Positions 41,382 through 51,246 of a stretch of 64,000 nt of DNA are shown here, piece by piece (position 1 is the stretch's first letter; every line of letters starts with the position of its first letter). Position numbers and translations under genes: made by a program. Location of the stretch: NCBI GenBank assembly GCA_020341815.1, contig CP070837.1, forward strand, positions 1,300,575 through 1,364,574, written 5' to 3'. This DNA comes from Candidatus Omnitrophota bacterium (GTDB lineage: Bacteria > Omnitrophota > Gorgyraeia > JAFGHF01). Under the pieces are notes generated by a model. That model saw nothing but the letters and a program-made list of their open reading frames with translations, had not been told where the DNA came from and ran no database searches.

Positions 41382-41507
41382 CACTGAGAACACTGAATTG
41401 TTAACACTGAGAACACTGAAAGAAAAACTTCAGTGGTTTCAGTGGTTTCAGTGACAAAAGAAAAACTTCAGTGGTTTCAGTGGTTATTTTTCAGTGGTTT
41501 CAGTGAC
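41373..41507. repeat. Inverted arrays of 9-bp tandem repeats (ACACTGARA / TTCAGTGGT)
   Basis: About five CACTG-core units facing seven TTCAGTG units, with almost no spacer. Confidence 0.9.
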
Positions 41508-41520
41508 AAAAGGAGGTAAA

Positions 41521-42921
41521 ATGCTTTACAGAGACGTCAAGGATTTGCTTGAGAAAACCAGTAGTGCAATCAGGGTTTCAAAAGAGGGTGTAACAATAGA
41601 AGATAAGGCAAGACTTAAAGCCAAGGTTATAGACGAGCTGGTATATAATCTTTGTCTTAATGAAAATCAGGCGGTAAAGGACGCCTCGCGCTGGATTATC
41701 TGGGGGGCGGCCGCTGAACTCGGGATTTATCCCTCTTCTATCCAGGGGCTTTATGAGGCAAAGGGAAAGGACAAATACAGCCAGATTACTGTACCTGCGG
41801 TGAATATAAGAGGCCTGACATATGATGTGGCCCGCGCCTTGATCAGGACGGCAATGAAATTAAAATCGTTAAATTTTGTTTTTGAGATTGCCCGCTCGGA
41901 GATAGGTTATACCTTTCAGCGCCCGGCGGAATATGCGGCAATTTGCCTGGGGGCGGCAATTAAGGAGGGTTTTTCCGGTCCTTTATTTATTCTGGGGGAT
42001 CATTTCCAGCTTAAGGCCAAAAATTATGCTGCTGATGCCGCCAAAGAAATCGACTCGGCAAAGGAGCTTATCCGCGAGGCCATTGAGGGGGGATTCTATA
42101 ATATCGATATCGACAGCTCGACGCTGGTGGATTTAGATAAGAAGACGCTGAATGAACAGCAGTGGAATAACTACGATGTAACGGCAAAGTTGACCTCCTT
42201 TATCCGGGAGATTCAGCCTAAGGATATCACGGTTTCGGTAGGCGGAGAGATAGGCGAGGTCGGAGGAAAGAATACCACGCCTGAAGAGTTCCGGGCGTTT
42301 ATGGAGGGATACAAAAAAGAGCTGAATAAAAACGGCAAAGGCTCCAAAGGAATTAGTAAAATCAGCATCCAGACCGGGACCGCCCATGGGGGCGTGGTTC
42401 TGCCCGACGGAAGTATCGCCAAGGTAAGCCTGGATTTTGATGTCTTAAGGAAAGTCTCCGAAATTGCCCGCCATGAATACGGACTGGCCGGGACGGTGCA
42501 GCACGGGGCTTCAACCCTTCCGGATGATGCCTTCCATCACTTTCCCCAGACCGAGACTGCTGAGGTGCACCTGGCTACAGGCTTTCAGAACATTGTTTAT
42601 GAAAGCAGGTATTTCCCCCGGGATTTAAGAGATAAGATTTATGCCTGGCTTAAAGAAAATTGCAGTGCCGACAGAAAAGAAGGGATGAGTGATGAGCAGT
42701 TTATATACAAGACCCGCAAAAAGGGTTTTGGCCCCTTCAAGAAAGAGCTGATGAGCCTGCCGGAAGATGTGCGAAATAATATCGGCAAGGAATTGGAGGA
42801 AAAATTCACTTTTATTTTCCAGAAGCTCAATGCCGCCGATACCGAGGCCCTGACCAGGCGATACGTAAAGCCTGTTACTATTAAGAAGGCCTGCCCCGAA
42901 GGGTTAATCAAGGCCTTATAA
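41521..42921 (+). CDS. Class II fructose-bisphosphate aldolase-family protein
   Basis: FEIARSE, GDHFQ, GGEIGEVGG, GTAHGG, VQHGASTL; follows pfkA; SD AGGAGG. Confidence 0.85.
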   Translation: MLYRDVKDLLEKTSSAIRVSKEGVTIEDKARLKAKVIDELVYNLCLNENQAVKDASRWIIWGAAAELGIYPSSIQGLYEAKGKDKYSQITVPAVNIRGLTYDVARALIRTAMKLKSLNFVFEIARSEIGYTFQRPAEYAAICLGAAIKEGFSGPLFILGDHFQLKAKNYAADAAKEIDSAKELIREAIEGGFYNIDIDSSTLVDLDKKTLNEQQWNNYDVTAKLTSFIREIQPKDITVSVGGEIGEVGGKNTTPEEFRAFMEGYKKELNKNGKGSKGISKISIQTGTAHGGVVLPDGSIAKVSLDFDVLRKVSEIARHEYGLAGTVQHGASTLPDDAFHHFPQTETAEVHLATGFQNIVYESRYFPRDLRDKIYAWLKENCSADRKEGMSDEQFIYKTRKKGFGPFKKELMSLPEDVRNNIGKELEEKFTFIFQKLNAADTEALTRRYVKPVTIKKACPEGLIKAL

Positions 42922-42927
42922 AAATAA

Positions 42928-42980
42928 AAAAAAGCCCCCCCGATGCTTTTTATAAAAAACAATCGGGGGGTTTTTATTTT
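42928..42980. terminator. Bidirectional rho-independent terminator
   Basis: A-tract, CCCCCCGAT/ATCGGGGGG stem, T-tract, between convergent genes. Confidence 0.85.
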
Positions 42981-44065
42981 GGTGCGCGGCGCATCAGCAT
43001 TATGGCGACGGTGGAGAAGAGGAAATTGGCAAACCACGCCGATATAATCGGCGGCAGAGTTCCGCCTTTACCTAAAGCAAGGCTTAGGGCCTCTACCGTG
43101 TAATAGAAGAAGGCAATGACTACCGAAAGCCCGATACTGGCTACTTTTCCGGTGCCTTGCGTAGAAAGGGCAAAAGGGATACCCAAGAATATAATTATCA
43201 AACTGACAAAGGGAAAAGAAATCTTATAATGCAAATCCACCAGCAGCTTCTGCACAATCTTGGCTCCGCTTCCCGAGAGCCTCCTGATATATTCTCTTAA
43301 TTTCTGGTAATTCATAAACTCAGCCGAGGCCTCCCGCCTTAGGAAGTCCTTGGGCTTTTCTTCGATACCGATGAGCATCTTCTTGAAAAAGGCCGGCTCG
43401 GCATTTTCCTCTTCCTTATCGTTAAAATTGTAAACAACGCAGTCATTGAATGCCCACTTATTTCCCTGCCATTGTGCGCTTTTGGCCTGAATCTTGGCGA
43501 TAACCCGTTCCTCATTATCCTGCTCCAGGATAGTTATTTCTTCAAGGAGGTTGCTCTTGGTGTAGAATTTGCGCACATGAATGAGGCGGTTGTGCGCCCC
43601 GTAAAGAGCGATATTTTCCACTATTCTCTCTTGGAGCTGTGCCTTTTCTTTATCAAGATGTTCTTCTTTTACGGTGGCCGAAACAAGGTTTGCCTGAGGA
43701 ACGATTTTATCGTTAATCACCAGCGTAGCCATGCTGATAACTATCCCCAGGAAGAAAAAAGGCAGCACCATTCTCCAGATGCTTAAGCCCGTTGCTTTAA
43801 GGGCGATTATTTCATTGTATTTACTGAGATTTCCCAGTATATAGAGGGTGGAAAGAAGTGCTGCGATAGGCGCGGTGCGCACAAAGATTATCGGCAGAAA
43901 GGCCCCGTAATACTGAAGAAGCACTGACCATTCCACATGGTGTTTAAGGATATCCTCCAGGCGGCCGCAGAGGTCAATAACTACATAGAGGCTAATAAAC
44001 ACCGTCAGGCAGTAGAAAAAGGGCACCAGGAATTCTCTGACTATATAGCGGTCGATTATTTTCAC
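42974..44065 (-). CDS. lptG: LPS export permease LptG
   Basis: MKIIDRYIVREF, NEIIALKATGLS, GTLPPIISAWFAN; GTG start formed by the element end. Confidence 0.85.
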   Translation of the reverse strand: MKIIDRYIVREFLVPFFYCLTVFISLYVVIDLCGRLEDILKHHVEWSVLLQYYGAFLPIIFVRTAPIAALLSTLYILGNLSKYNEIIALKATGLSIWRMVLPFFFLGIVISMATLVINDKIVPQANLVSATVKEEHLDKEKAQLQERIVENIALYGAHNRLIHVRKFYTKSNLLEEITILEQDNEERVIAKIQAKSAQWQGNKWAFNDCVVYNFNDKEEENAEPAFFKKMLIGIEEKPKDFLRREASAEFMNYQKLREYIRRLSGSGAKIVQKLLVDLHYKISFPFVSLIIIFLGIPFALSTQGTGKVASIGLSVVIAFFYYTVEALSLALGKGGTLPPIISAWFANFLFSTVAIMLMRRAPK

Positions 44066-44192
44066 CCCGCCCTTCCTTTCATCTCATCGTAATCTTAGGT
44101 CCAATTTTAACTTTGCTAGACTGTCTCTGCATTGCTTTATAGCTTTTACCCTTGCCCTTAATTGTAAGTATGCGGTTTTAGGAAGAGCGGGG
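44065..44192 (-). mobile_element. CCCCGC-TIR element copy 5 (128 bp), inside the lptG start codon
   Basis: Minus strand aTGAA[CCCCGCTCTTCC...GGAAGGGCGGGG]TGAAaata; TTCA at 44061-44064 and 44193-44196 on plus. Confidence 0.88.
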
Positions 44193-44201
44193 TTCATCGT
44201 T

Positions 44202-45290
44202 TTATCTCTTATTGGTATGGAAAATCAGAATAAGGCCTGCTGCGGTAAGAGCAATATTGGCCAGCCACATACTCAAACCCGGATAGACTAATCCCCTGAC
44301 GGAAAGGACCTCTCCCGTCAGAAAGAGTACATAATAGGCAACGAATACCCCGATACTTAAGCCGATACCGACGAACTTCTCCCGCCTTCTGGTGCAGATT
44401 GCCAGGGGCAGCCCCAGGATAACAAAGGCAAAGGTTGAAAAGGAAAAGGAAAGCTTTTTGTTTATCTCGGTAACGATAGGGGTAACCTCGATGTTCTCTT
44501 TTTGCAGCTCGTGCATCTTCTGGCGCAGCTCGCGCACGCTCATATCCTTTAATTTTTTCTGCATATTTTCCGTATCGTCGGAGATATCCAGGGTCAGATA
44601 ATAGGTCTTGAAATTGAGCTTGTAAAAGACGCCGGGGTCTTTGGGGTTAGGTTCGTCGCTTGAGCCGTTTATTAATTTCAGTTTTATGATATCTTTTTCC
44701 GGAAGCGGCAGGAACTCCCCCTCGTTGGCAATAATGGTGCGCGTGGCTTTTCCCTCCTGGGGCTGATAAATTCTTATATTACTGAGCTTGTTCTGGTGAA
44801 TTCCGTAAATGAAGATAATGTAATTCTGGAAGCTGCGGATAAAGGTGCCGGCCTCAAGAAATGCTGCGGGAGTCTTCATGCCGATCTGCTTGACGATTTT
44901 TCGTGATGCGAATAAGGCCCGGGGCTTCAGTTTATCGTTAATGGGGATAGAGGCAAGTGAAGCCACCAGGCCCACTATGATTATGGGAAAGCATAACCTG
45001 TAGAGATTAATTCCGCTGGCCCTGATAGCGACAATCTCATTATCGGCGGAAAGCCTGCCGATAGTCAGGAGTGTGGCGCTGAGGATGGAAAGGGGCAGCG
45101 CATAAGTTAAGATATTGGGGATAAGCAGAAAGATTAATTTGACCACCAGCCCCAGGCTCACCCCTTTATTGACTACCAGATTAAAGAGGTTTACCAGACT
45201 GCCGATAAGCATTATAAAGATAAGAATAGCCAGCGACAGGATAAACGGCCAGAATAATTCTTTTAATAAATATGTTCTCAGGATTTTCAC
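44202..45290 (-). CDS. lptF: LPS export permease LptF
   Basis: From GTG 45290: MKILRTYLLKEL, GRLSADNEIVAIRASGI, MWLAN. Confidence 0.85.
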   Translation of the reverse strand: MKILRTYLLKELFWPFILSLAILIFIMLIGSLVNLFNLVVNKGVSLGLVVKLIFLLIPNILTYALPLSILSATLLTIGRLSADNEIVAIRASGINLYRLCFPIIIVGLVASLASIPINDKLKPRALFASRKIVKQIGMKTPAAFLEAGTFIRSFQNYIIFIYGIHQNKLSNIRIYQPQEGKATRTIIANEGEFLPLPEKDIIKLKLINGSSDEPNPKDPGVFYKLNFKTYYLTLDISDDTENMQKKLKDMSVRELRQKMHELQKENIEVTPIVTEINKKLSFSFSTFAFVILGLPLAICTRRREKFVGIGLSIGVFVAYYVLFLTGEVLSVRGLVYPGLSMWLANIALTAAGLILIFHTNKR

Positions 45291-45359
45291 CCCGCTCTTC
45301 CTTTCTTCCCAATACCACTTGCCTATCCCCAATCCTTCCGATGTTTAGGAAGGGCGGGG
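45290..45359 (-). mobile_element. CCCCGC-TIR element copy 6 (70 bp), inside the lptF start codon
   Basis: Minus strand aTGAA[CCCCGCCCTTCC...GGAAGAGCGGGG]TGAAaatc; interior resembles the 3' module of copies 1-2. Confidence 0.88.
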
Positions 45360-45368
45360 TTCATTTTT

Positions 45369-46133
45369 TTATGCTTTGCGCGCTAAAGTAAATACCTCAA
45401 TTCTATTTGCCCCTGCTTTATGCAGTGCTTTTGCGCACTCATTTACCGTGGCGCCTGTTGTCAGGACGTCATCCACCAGTAAGACGTTTTTATTTTTAGG
45501 GACATTTTTATTTTTGACCTTAAAGGCGCCCTTAATGTTCTTAAGCCTTTCTGTGCGCGAGAGGTTAATCTGAGGCTGGGTAGCTTTAATTTTAATGAGC
45601 GTTTTATTATGCGCTTGTTTCGAGAAGGCCTTAGCTAAAGATTCGCTCAAGATGCCTGCCTGATTAAACTGCCTCCGGCGCTCTTTTGCGCTGTAAAGAG
45701 GCACAGGCAGAATCAAATCCACTTTTCTCATATCCAAAAACCTGCCCGCAAAATCGATCATCAATTCCGCCAGCGGCCCGCTTAAAGATAATTTACTGTT
45801 GTATTTAAATAGATGGATGCATTCTTTAATTACGCCCTCGTATATGCACGCAGAGTGCGCTTTCTTAAAGAAATACCCGGAGGCTTGACAATCCTTACAG
45901 ATAAATGCGTGATTTTGGCTTTTTGCGGGCCTGCCCGCCTTCATGCTGGCGGGCAGGTGCCTGGCGCATATGCGGCAAAAAGGCGGCAGATTGAACTTAA
46001 TCTTGTTCCAGCATATTTCACATAAGGGCTTATCGCTTAAGGGGTTTAGCCTCGCTCTGCATAGCAGGCAGGATAAAGGATAAATCAGATTTATAAAACT
46101 CCTTATCCAGGGCTTAAACACCGTGCTTGTCAA
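45369..46133 (-). CDS. comF: ComF-family protein (double zinc ribbon plus PRTase domain)
   Basis: Four CxxC motifs, LILPVPL, FNQA, LLVDDVLTTGATVNECA. Start is uncertain: a minus-strand TTGACA-17-TATATT promoter at 46160-46132 favours GTG 46121. Confidence 0.88.
   Translation of the reverse strand: MTSTVFKPWIRSFINLIYPLSCLLCRARLNPLSDKPLCEICWNKIKFNLPPFCRICARHLPASMKAGRPAKSQNHAFICKDCQASGYFFKKAHSACIYEGVIKECIHLFKYNSKLSLSGPLAELMIDFAGRFLDMRKVDLILPVPLYSAKERRRQFNQAGILSESLAKAFSKQAHNKTLIKIKATQPQINLSRTERLKNIKGAFKVKNKNVPKNKNVLLVDDVLTTGATVNECAKALHKAGANRIEVFTLARKA
45930..45957. repeat. REP-like palindrome in frame inside comF
   Basis: CCTGCCCGCC-8 nt-GGCGGGCAGG perfect 10-bp stem; GCCCGC repeated 24 bp apart on the coding strand. 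Confidence 0.65.
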
Positions 46134-46212
46134 TATACCATTTTATGCGTATCCTGTCAAGAAAATGTCTACTTGCAAAGAGGAGGGCTTTGTGGTAGGA
46201 TAACAACGAAAT

Positions 46213-46941
46213 ATGGGCGAAAAAATACGTTTACAGGTGGCCCTGGCGCAGTTGGGCTTTGCCTCGCGCAGAGCTGCCGCAGAGATTATAAAAAGCGGCA
46301 AGGTAAAGGTGGATGGCAAAATTATCCTTGAGCCGGGATACAGGGTCAGCTTAGAAAAAAACTCTATAATCGTCGAGGGCAGAAAGGCCTTATGTCCCAA
46401 AAAGGTCTATCTTTTACTCAATAAACCCAAAGGCGCGGTAAGCACAGTCAGGGATAGATATGCCCGGCGCACCGTGCTTGATTTACTGGGGAAAATAGAT
46501 ACGCGGGTTTATCCGGTGGGCCGCCTGGATAAGGATACGAGAGGGCTTTTGCTTTTGACTAACGACGGAGAACTCACCCACCGTCTGCTCCATCCCAAAT
46601 TCGGCATCAAAAAAGTTTATCGGGTTTCGGTGGAGGGTGAGATTCCTCGGCGCAAGATTGAAAAACTGGAAAAAGGCATTTATCTGGAAGGCAAAAAGAC
46701 CTTTCCCTGTAAAATCAGTATTCTTAATATAGTAAAGAAAACAACTTTATTGCGCGTTGAGCTCACCGAGGGGCGCAAGAGACAGATAAAGAAGATGTTT
46801 GCTTCTATGGGGCATCCGGTCTTGGATATAGAGAGGATAGCCTTCGGCCCTTTGAAGCTGGCTACCCTTAAGCCGGGGAAGTGGCGCCGCCTGAAAATGA
46901 ATGAAATTGCCAAGTTGAAAAGCTTAAGCGGGGTGATTTAG
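46213..46941 (+). CDS. rluB: rRNA pseudouridine synthase, RsuA/RluB family
   Basis: S4 domain (ASRRAAAEII), NKPKG, YPVGRLDKDTRGLLLLTNDG, EGRKRQIKKM. Confidence 0.85.
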   Translation: MGEKIRLQVALAQLGFASRRAAAEIIKSGKVKVDGKIILEPGYRVSLEKNSIIVEGRKALCPKKVYLLLNKPKGAVSTVRDRYARRTVLDLLGKIDTRVYPVGRLDKDTRGLLLLTNDGELTHRLLHPKFGIKKVYRVSVEGEIPRRKIEKLEKGIYLEGKKTFPCKISILNIVKKTTLLRVELTEGRKRQIKKMFASMGHPVLDIERIAFGPLKLATLKPGKWRRLKMNEIAKLKSLSGVI

Positions 46942-46943
46942 TT

Positions 46944-48179
46944 TTGAGTCTATTCTGGCATATCCTGGGGCTGGTTATTTTACTTTTACTGTCCGGGCTT
47001 TTCTCAGGCACGGAGACCGCGCTTTTTTCCCTGTCCAAGATACAATTGCGCCGCTTGAAAGAGGCCTCACCTTTAAAGAGTGCCTTGATTGAGGAGCTCC
47101 TGGATTCTCCCCGCCGCACCTTAAACACTATCCTTACCGGCAATATGCTGGTGAATATCACTATCAGCGCCCTGATTACCGAGACCGTAATGTCTGTGAG
47201 CGGACAGAAAAAACTGGGTTTTTCCGTGGGGATAGCCACTTTTCTGCTCTTGGTATTCGGGGAGGTTACGCCTAAGACCTTTGCCATTTCGCATGCTGAG
47301 GGGTTAGCCTCTTTTGTTGCACGCCCTTTGCATATTTTTTCTAAGGTTATCTCGCCTGTTTGTCTTCTCTGGTCCAGGATTGCCGACTTTTTTTCTCAGC
47401 GTATAGTGGGCCCGCAGCACCTCAGGCAGCCGTTTCTCACCTCTGAGGAAATCCGGGGCCTGATTTCCATCGGAGAAAAAGGAGGTATAGTCAGCAGGGA
47501 AGAAGAGCAGATGATATACACGGTGTTTGATTTCGCGGAGAGGCATATCAATGAGATTATGACCCCGCGCGTGGACATCGTCAGCGTCGACGTGCAGCAG
47601 GATAGTTTTGGGCTTGAGAAGATACTCAAAGAAAGCCGTCATTCCAAAATCCCCGTATATAAAGACAGCGTGGATAATATCCTGGGGATTATCTATGCCA
47701 AGGAATATCTACTTTCGCCTTGTCGGGAGTGGCAGAACCTGATTAAGCCGGTCTTGTTTGCCCCGGAGACCAAAAAGATAGAAGAGCTTTTGCTTGAGTT
47801 TCAGGACAAAAAGTCCTATGTAGCTATAGTAAGCGACGAATACGGCGGGACCTCAGGCCTGATTACTATCGAGGATATCCTGGAAGAGATAGTGGGTGAG
47901 ATTCAGGACGAATACGATACCGAGGAGAAGCTTATCCTGAGAGTGGATGAAGAGACCGTCTCGGTCAGCGGAAAAACCAGCCTGTATGATTTAAACGAAG
48001 AACTGAAAACCCGTTTTAGGGCCAAAGAGATCCAGACCGTAGCCGGGTTTATAATTCATCTTTTCGGCAGAATCCCCAAGTCCGGGGAGAGCACCAGATA
48101 CAGGGATTATCTCTTTACGGTCGATGATGTGCGCAAGAACAGAATCCGTAAAGTTACGATAAGGAAAAAACAGAGATGA
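46944..48179 (+). CDS. CNNM/CBS/CorC-HlyC domain protein
   Basis: FSGTETALFSL, VFGEVTPK, MTPRVDI, DEYGGTSG, EDILEEIVGEI. Confidence 0.9.
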   Translation: MSLFWHILGLVILLLLSGLFSGTETALFSLSKIQLRRLKEASPLKSALIEELLDSPRRTLNTILTGNMLVNITISALITETVMSVSGQKKLGFSVGIATFLLLVFGEVTPKTFAISHAEGLASFVARPLHIFSKVISPVCLLWSRIADFFSQRIVGPQHLRQPFLTSEEIRGLISIGEKGGIVSREEEQMIYTVFDFAERHINEIMTPRVDIVSVDVQQDSFGLEKILKESRHSKIPVYKDSVDNILGIIYAKEYLLSPCREWQNLIKPVLFAPETKKIEELLLEFQDKKSYVAIVSDEYGGTSGLITIEDILEEIVGEIQDEYDTEEKLILRVDEETVSVSGKTSLYDLNEELKTRFRAKEIQTVAGFIIHLFGRIPKSGESTRYRDYLFTVDDVRKNRIRKVTIRKKQR

Positions 48180-49144
48180 TTCTGGAAGTAATCTTATTCA
48201 TAGTATTTTTTGTTCTGCTTCAGGCCTTTTTCTCCGGCTCGGAGATGGCTGTCGTATCGGTTAATAGAATTAAAATGGAACAGCTGGCGCAAGCGAAGCT
48301 TTCCCAGGCGGTGCTTCTGAAGAAGATGCTCGCCTCACCCGACAAGCTCCTGAGCACGACTCTGGTGGGCACCAATCTTTCGGTGGTTACATCCTCGGCG
48401 GTGTTTACTACATTCATCGTGGCCTATTTTGGCCAGAGATATACCTGGCTTACCTCGGTAGTTATGACGCCGGTTATTTTGATTTTCGGCGAAGCAATCC
48501 CTAAGACCGTGTTCAGGCACTATGCCGATAAGATAACTTACAGGATAGTGGGTATTTTAAGGTTTTTCAGCGTTATTTTTTGGCCGTTGGTTATAGTTAT
48601 GGCTTTTATTTCGCGGATAATTTTATTCCCCTTCAAGACAAAGAAGGCAAAAAAGGTCAGTCCTTTCGTCAGCCGGGAAGAGTTGAAATTACTGATCAGG
48701 GAAATCAAAAAAGACGAGATAATCAAGCCGCATGAGCGCGCTATCATCCACAGAATATTTGAATTCGGCAGCAAAAAGGTCAAGGAGATTATGGTGCCGC
48801 TTAAGGATATAGTAAGCATGGAGGCCGGGGAGGGCGCCTTGCGCCTGAAGGAATTGTCCCGGGAAAAGGGATTTTCCCGTATCCTGGTTTATGAAGGCGA
48901 AAAAGATAACATCACCGGCTTTGCCAATGTGTTCGATGCCCTTTATGAAGAAGGCGCCTACAGCAGGGTGGGTGAGCGTCTGCGCCCGGTGTTACATATG
49001 TCTTCGGAAAGCCCCATTGATAAGGTATTTTACGCTTTGCAGTTAAAAAGGATGCAGGTTGCCGTCCTTGAGGATGAGAATAAGAAAAATATAGGCATGG
49101 TCACCTTTAAAGACCTGCTCGATGAGATTACGGGAGAGATGTAG
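48176..49144 (+). CDS. CNNM/CBS domain protein (tandem paralogue)
   Basis: FFSGSEMA, TTLVGTN, IFGEAIPK, CBS pair. Confidence 0.88.
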   Translation: MILEVILFIVFFVLLQAFFSGSEMAVVSVNRIKMEQLAQAKLSQAVLLKKMLASPDKLLSTTLVGTNLSVVTSSAVFTTFIVAYFGQRYTWLTSVVMTPVILIFGEAIPKTVFRHYADKITYRIVGILRFFSVIFWPLVIVMAFISRIILFPFKTKKAKKVSPFVSREELKLLIREIKKDEIIKPHERAIIHRIFEFGSKKVKEIMVPLKDIVSMEAGEGALRLKELSREKGFSRILVYEGEKDNITGFANVFDALYEEGAYSRVGERLRPVLHMSSESPIDKVFYALQLKRMQVAVLEDENKKNIGMVTFKDLLDEITGEM

Positions 49145-49884
49145 TGCTCATTAAATATATCTTTTTAGGGATTATTCAGGGACTGACGGAGTTTTTGCCG
49201 GTGAGCAGTTCCGCGCACCTGGTAATCTTTCAGGAGTTATTTGGGCTTTCGCAGGATAAGGTTGTCTTGAGCATCGCTTTACACCTGGGGAGCCTGGCGG
49301 CGCTGATTGTATTTTTATTTAAAGATATAAAGCGTTTTCTTAAACCCAGGATTGTCTCATCCATATTGCTGGCTACCTTTGTAACGGCAGTAATTGTTAT
49401 TTTGGGACAAGATTATTTTGAAAGCATGTTCTCATCGGGCCGGTTAATCTTACCGCTTATTGTCAGCGGGATAATTTTACTGAGCACAAAGAAGTTTGGC
49501 GGAGGCTTGCGGGGTGCGGATGATTTGAAGCTGGCGGACGGTTTCTGGCTGGGTCTTGTCCAGGGGCTTTCGGTAATCCCCGGGCTTTCCCGCTCGGGCG
49601 TTACGATTTCAACGCTTCTCTTTCGCGGTGTGGAAAGAGAAACCGCTTTTAAGTTTTCCTTTCTGGCTTCGATATTGGCTATTTTAGGGGCGCTTTTTTT
49701 CAAAGTAAAAGATTTTGCCTCGCCCGCTTGCTTTGATAGATATATGCTTTTTGGTTTTCTGGGGGCCTTCTTAAGCGGCCTTCTGGCCTTAAAGGTTCTG
49801 CTGGCAATTATTCGCCGGGCGCGCTTCTACCTGTTCGGCTATTACTGCCTGGCGCTGGCTCTAGTGTTATGGAGGTTATTATGA
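49144..49884 (+). CDS. uppP: Undecaprenyl-diphosphatase
   Basis: GIIQGLTEFLPVSSSAH, PGLSRSGVTI. Confidence 0.93.
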   Translation: MLIKYIFLGIIQGLTEFLPVSSSAHLVIFQELFGLSQDKVVLSIALHLGSLAALIVFLFKDIKRFLKPRIVSSILLATFVTAVIVILGQDYFESMFSSGRLILPLIVSGIILLSTKKFGGGLRGADDLKLADGFWLGLVQGLSVIPGLSRSGVTISTLLFRGVERETAFKFSFLASILAILGALFFKVKDFASPACFDRYMLFGFLGAFLSGLLALKVLLAIIRRARFYLFGYYCLALALVLWRLL

Positions 49885-51230
49885 GGCACTTATCGATAAT
49901 GCTTCCCGAAATCAGGGAGCTGTTGAAATTGAATAAGAAGGAAGAGCTGAACGAGGCCCTGCGCGAGATGCACCCGGCCGATATAGCTGACGCCCTTTTC
50001 GATCTGCATATAAAAGAGCAGGTTGCCCTGATCAGCCGCATCGATAAGGAGCAGATGATTAAGGTCTTTGATGAGCTGGATGAAGAGGAGCAGTTTGAGC
50101 TTCTGGATAAATTGGAGAAAGAGCTCTCCGCCTATCTTTTGAACGAGATGTCTCCGGATGAAAGAGCCGACCTTTTAAGCAGTCTGCCGGATGAGGTGGT
50201 AAATAAATTTCTCAACCTGATGAGCGAGAACGAACGAAAAGATGTGGAGAAGCTGCTGAGGTATCCTGCCAACTCCGCCGGCAGTATTATGACTACGGAA
50301 TATATCTCGCTCACCCCTGAGCTTATGGTGTCTCAGGCCGCTGAGCTCATCAGGCAGGCCGCCCCCAAAAAAGAGACCATTTATTACACTTATGTTACCG
50401 ACCATGAGCACAGATTGGTGGGATTTGTTTCGCTTAAAGATATATTCATGGCCAGGGAAGATGTGCCTATCAAGAAGCTTATGCACCGCAGGGTATTTAA
50501 GGCCTTTGCCGAGCACGATCAGGAAGAGGTAGCCCAGACGGTGCGCAAATATAATCTGCTGGCCCTTCCGGTAATAGATAAGGATAAGAAGCTCGTGGGC
50601 ATAGTTACCGTCGATGATATCATGGATGTCTTGCGCCAGGAAAACACCGAAGACGTTTACAAGATGGCGGCTATGCTTGCGCCAAAGGAAGAATACTTCA
50701 ATACCGGATTTTTTACTCTCGTCAGGCGCAGGATAGTCTGGCTGGTAATCTTACTGATAGCTGTACAGTTTTCCGGGCAAATCCTCAAAAACTACGGCTT
50801 TGCCCTGGAGGCCGTCGTGGCCCTGGCCTTTTTTATTCCCCTGCTTCTTAATACAGCCGGTAATGCCGGGACCCAGTCCAGCACCACCATTATCCGCGGG
50901 CTGGCCACGGGTGAAATAACAATCAATCAGGTCTTAAAGGTTGTGCGTCGGGAGATAGGCTTAGGATTAGTCCTGGGAGGGGCTTTGGGTGTGCTGGGCG
51001 CAGGAAGGGCGCTGCTTTTGCAAGGCAACCCCTTTGTGAGCCTTGCCGTGGGTCTTGCGCTTGCGGCGACTATTGTGATGGCTACCCTGACCGGGGCTTT
51101 TCTGCCGCTTCTTCTAAAGAAACTCAAGATTGACCCGGCGGTGGCAGCCGGCCCTTTTATTTCTACGGTGGTGGATATAACCGCCTTGATAGTCTATTTT
51201 GAAATAGCCAAAGCATTGCTTCATCTGTGA
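49881..51230 (+). CDS. mgtE: Magnesium transporter MgtE
   Basis: HPADIA, MSPDERADLL, SAGSIMTTEY, AGNAGTQS, DPAVAAGPFISTVVD. Confidence 0.95.
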   Translation: MRHLSIMLPEIRELLKLNKKEELNEALREMHPADIADALFDLHIKEQVALISRIDKEQMIKVFDELDEEEQFELLDKLEKELSAYLLNEMSPDERADLLSSLPDEVVNKFLNLMSENERKDVEKLLRYPANSAGSIMTTEYISLTPELMVSQAAELIRQAAPKKETIYYTYVTDHEHRLVGFVSLKDIFMAREDVPIKKLMHRRVFKAFAEHDQEEVAQTVRKYNLLALPVIDKDKKLVGIVTVDDIMDVLRQENTEDVYKMAAMLAPKEEYFNTGFFTLVRRRIVWLVILLIAVQFSGQILKNYGFALEAVVALAFFIPLLLNTAGNAGTQSSTTIIRGLATGEITINQVLKVVRREIGLGLVLGGALGVLGAGRALLLQGNPFVSLAVGLALAATIVMATLTGAFLPLLLKKLKIDPAVAAGPFISTVVDITALIVYFEIAKALLHL

Positions 51231-51246
51231 TATGGAGGTATGAGGA

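Noticed and set aside
41373-41507. Possible CRISPR array
   Set aside because: Units are 9 bp, contiguous and inverted, with no unique spacers and no cas genes; the same applies to 30209-30338.
46926-46941. GCGGGGTGA at the end of rluB resembling the element's right end
   Set aside because: Lacks the GAAGR core and has no matching left TIR upstream.
49144-49155. GTGCTCATTAAA at the uppP start, identical to the composite-hairpin right end
   Set aside because: No left end or stem upstream, where sequence is coding; could be chance or a remnant.
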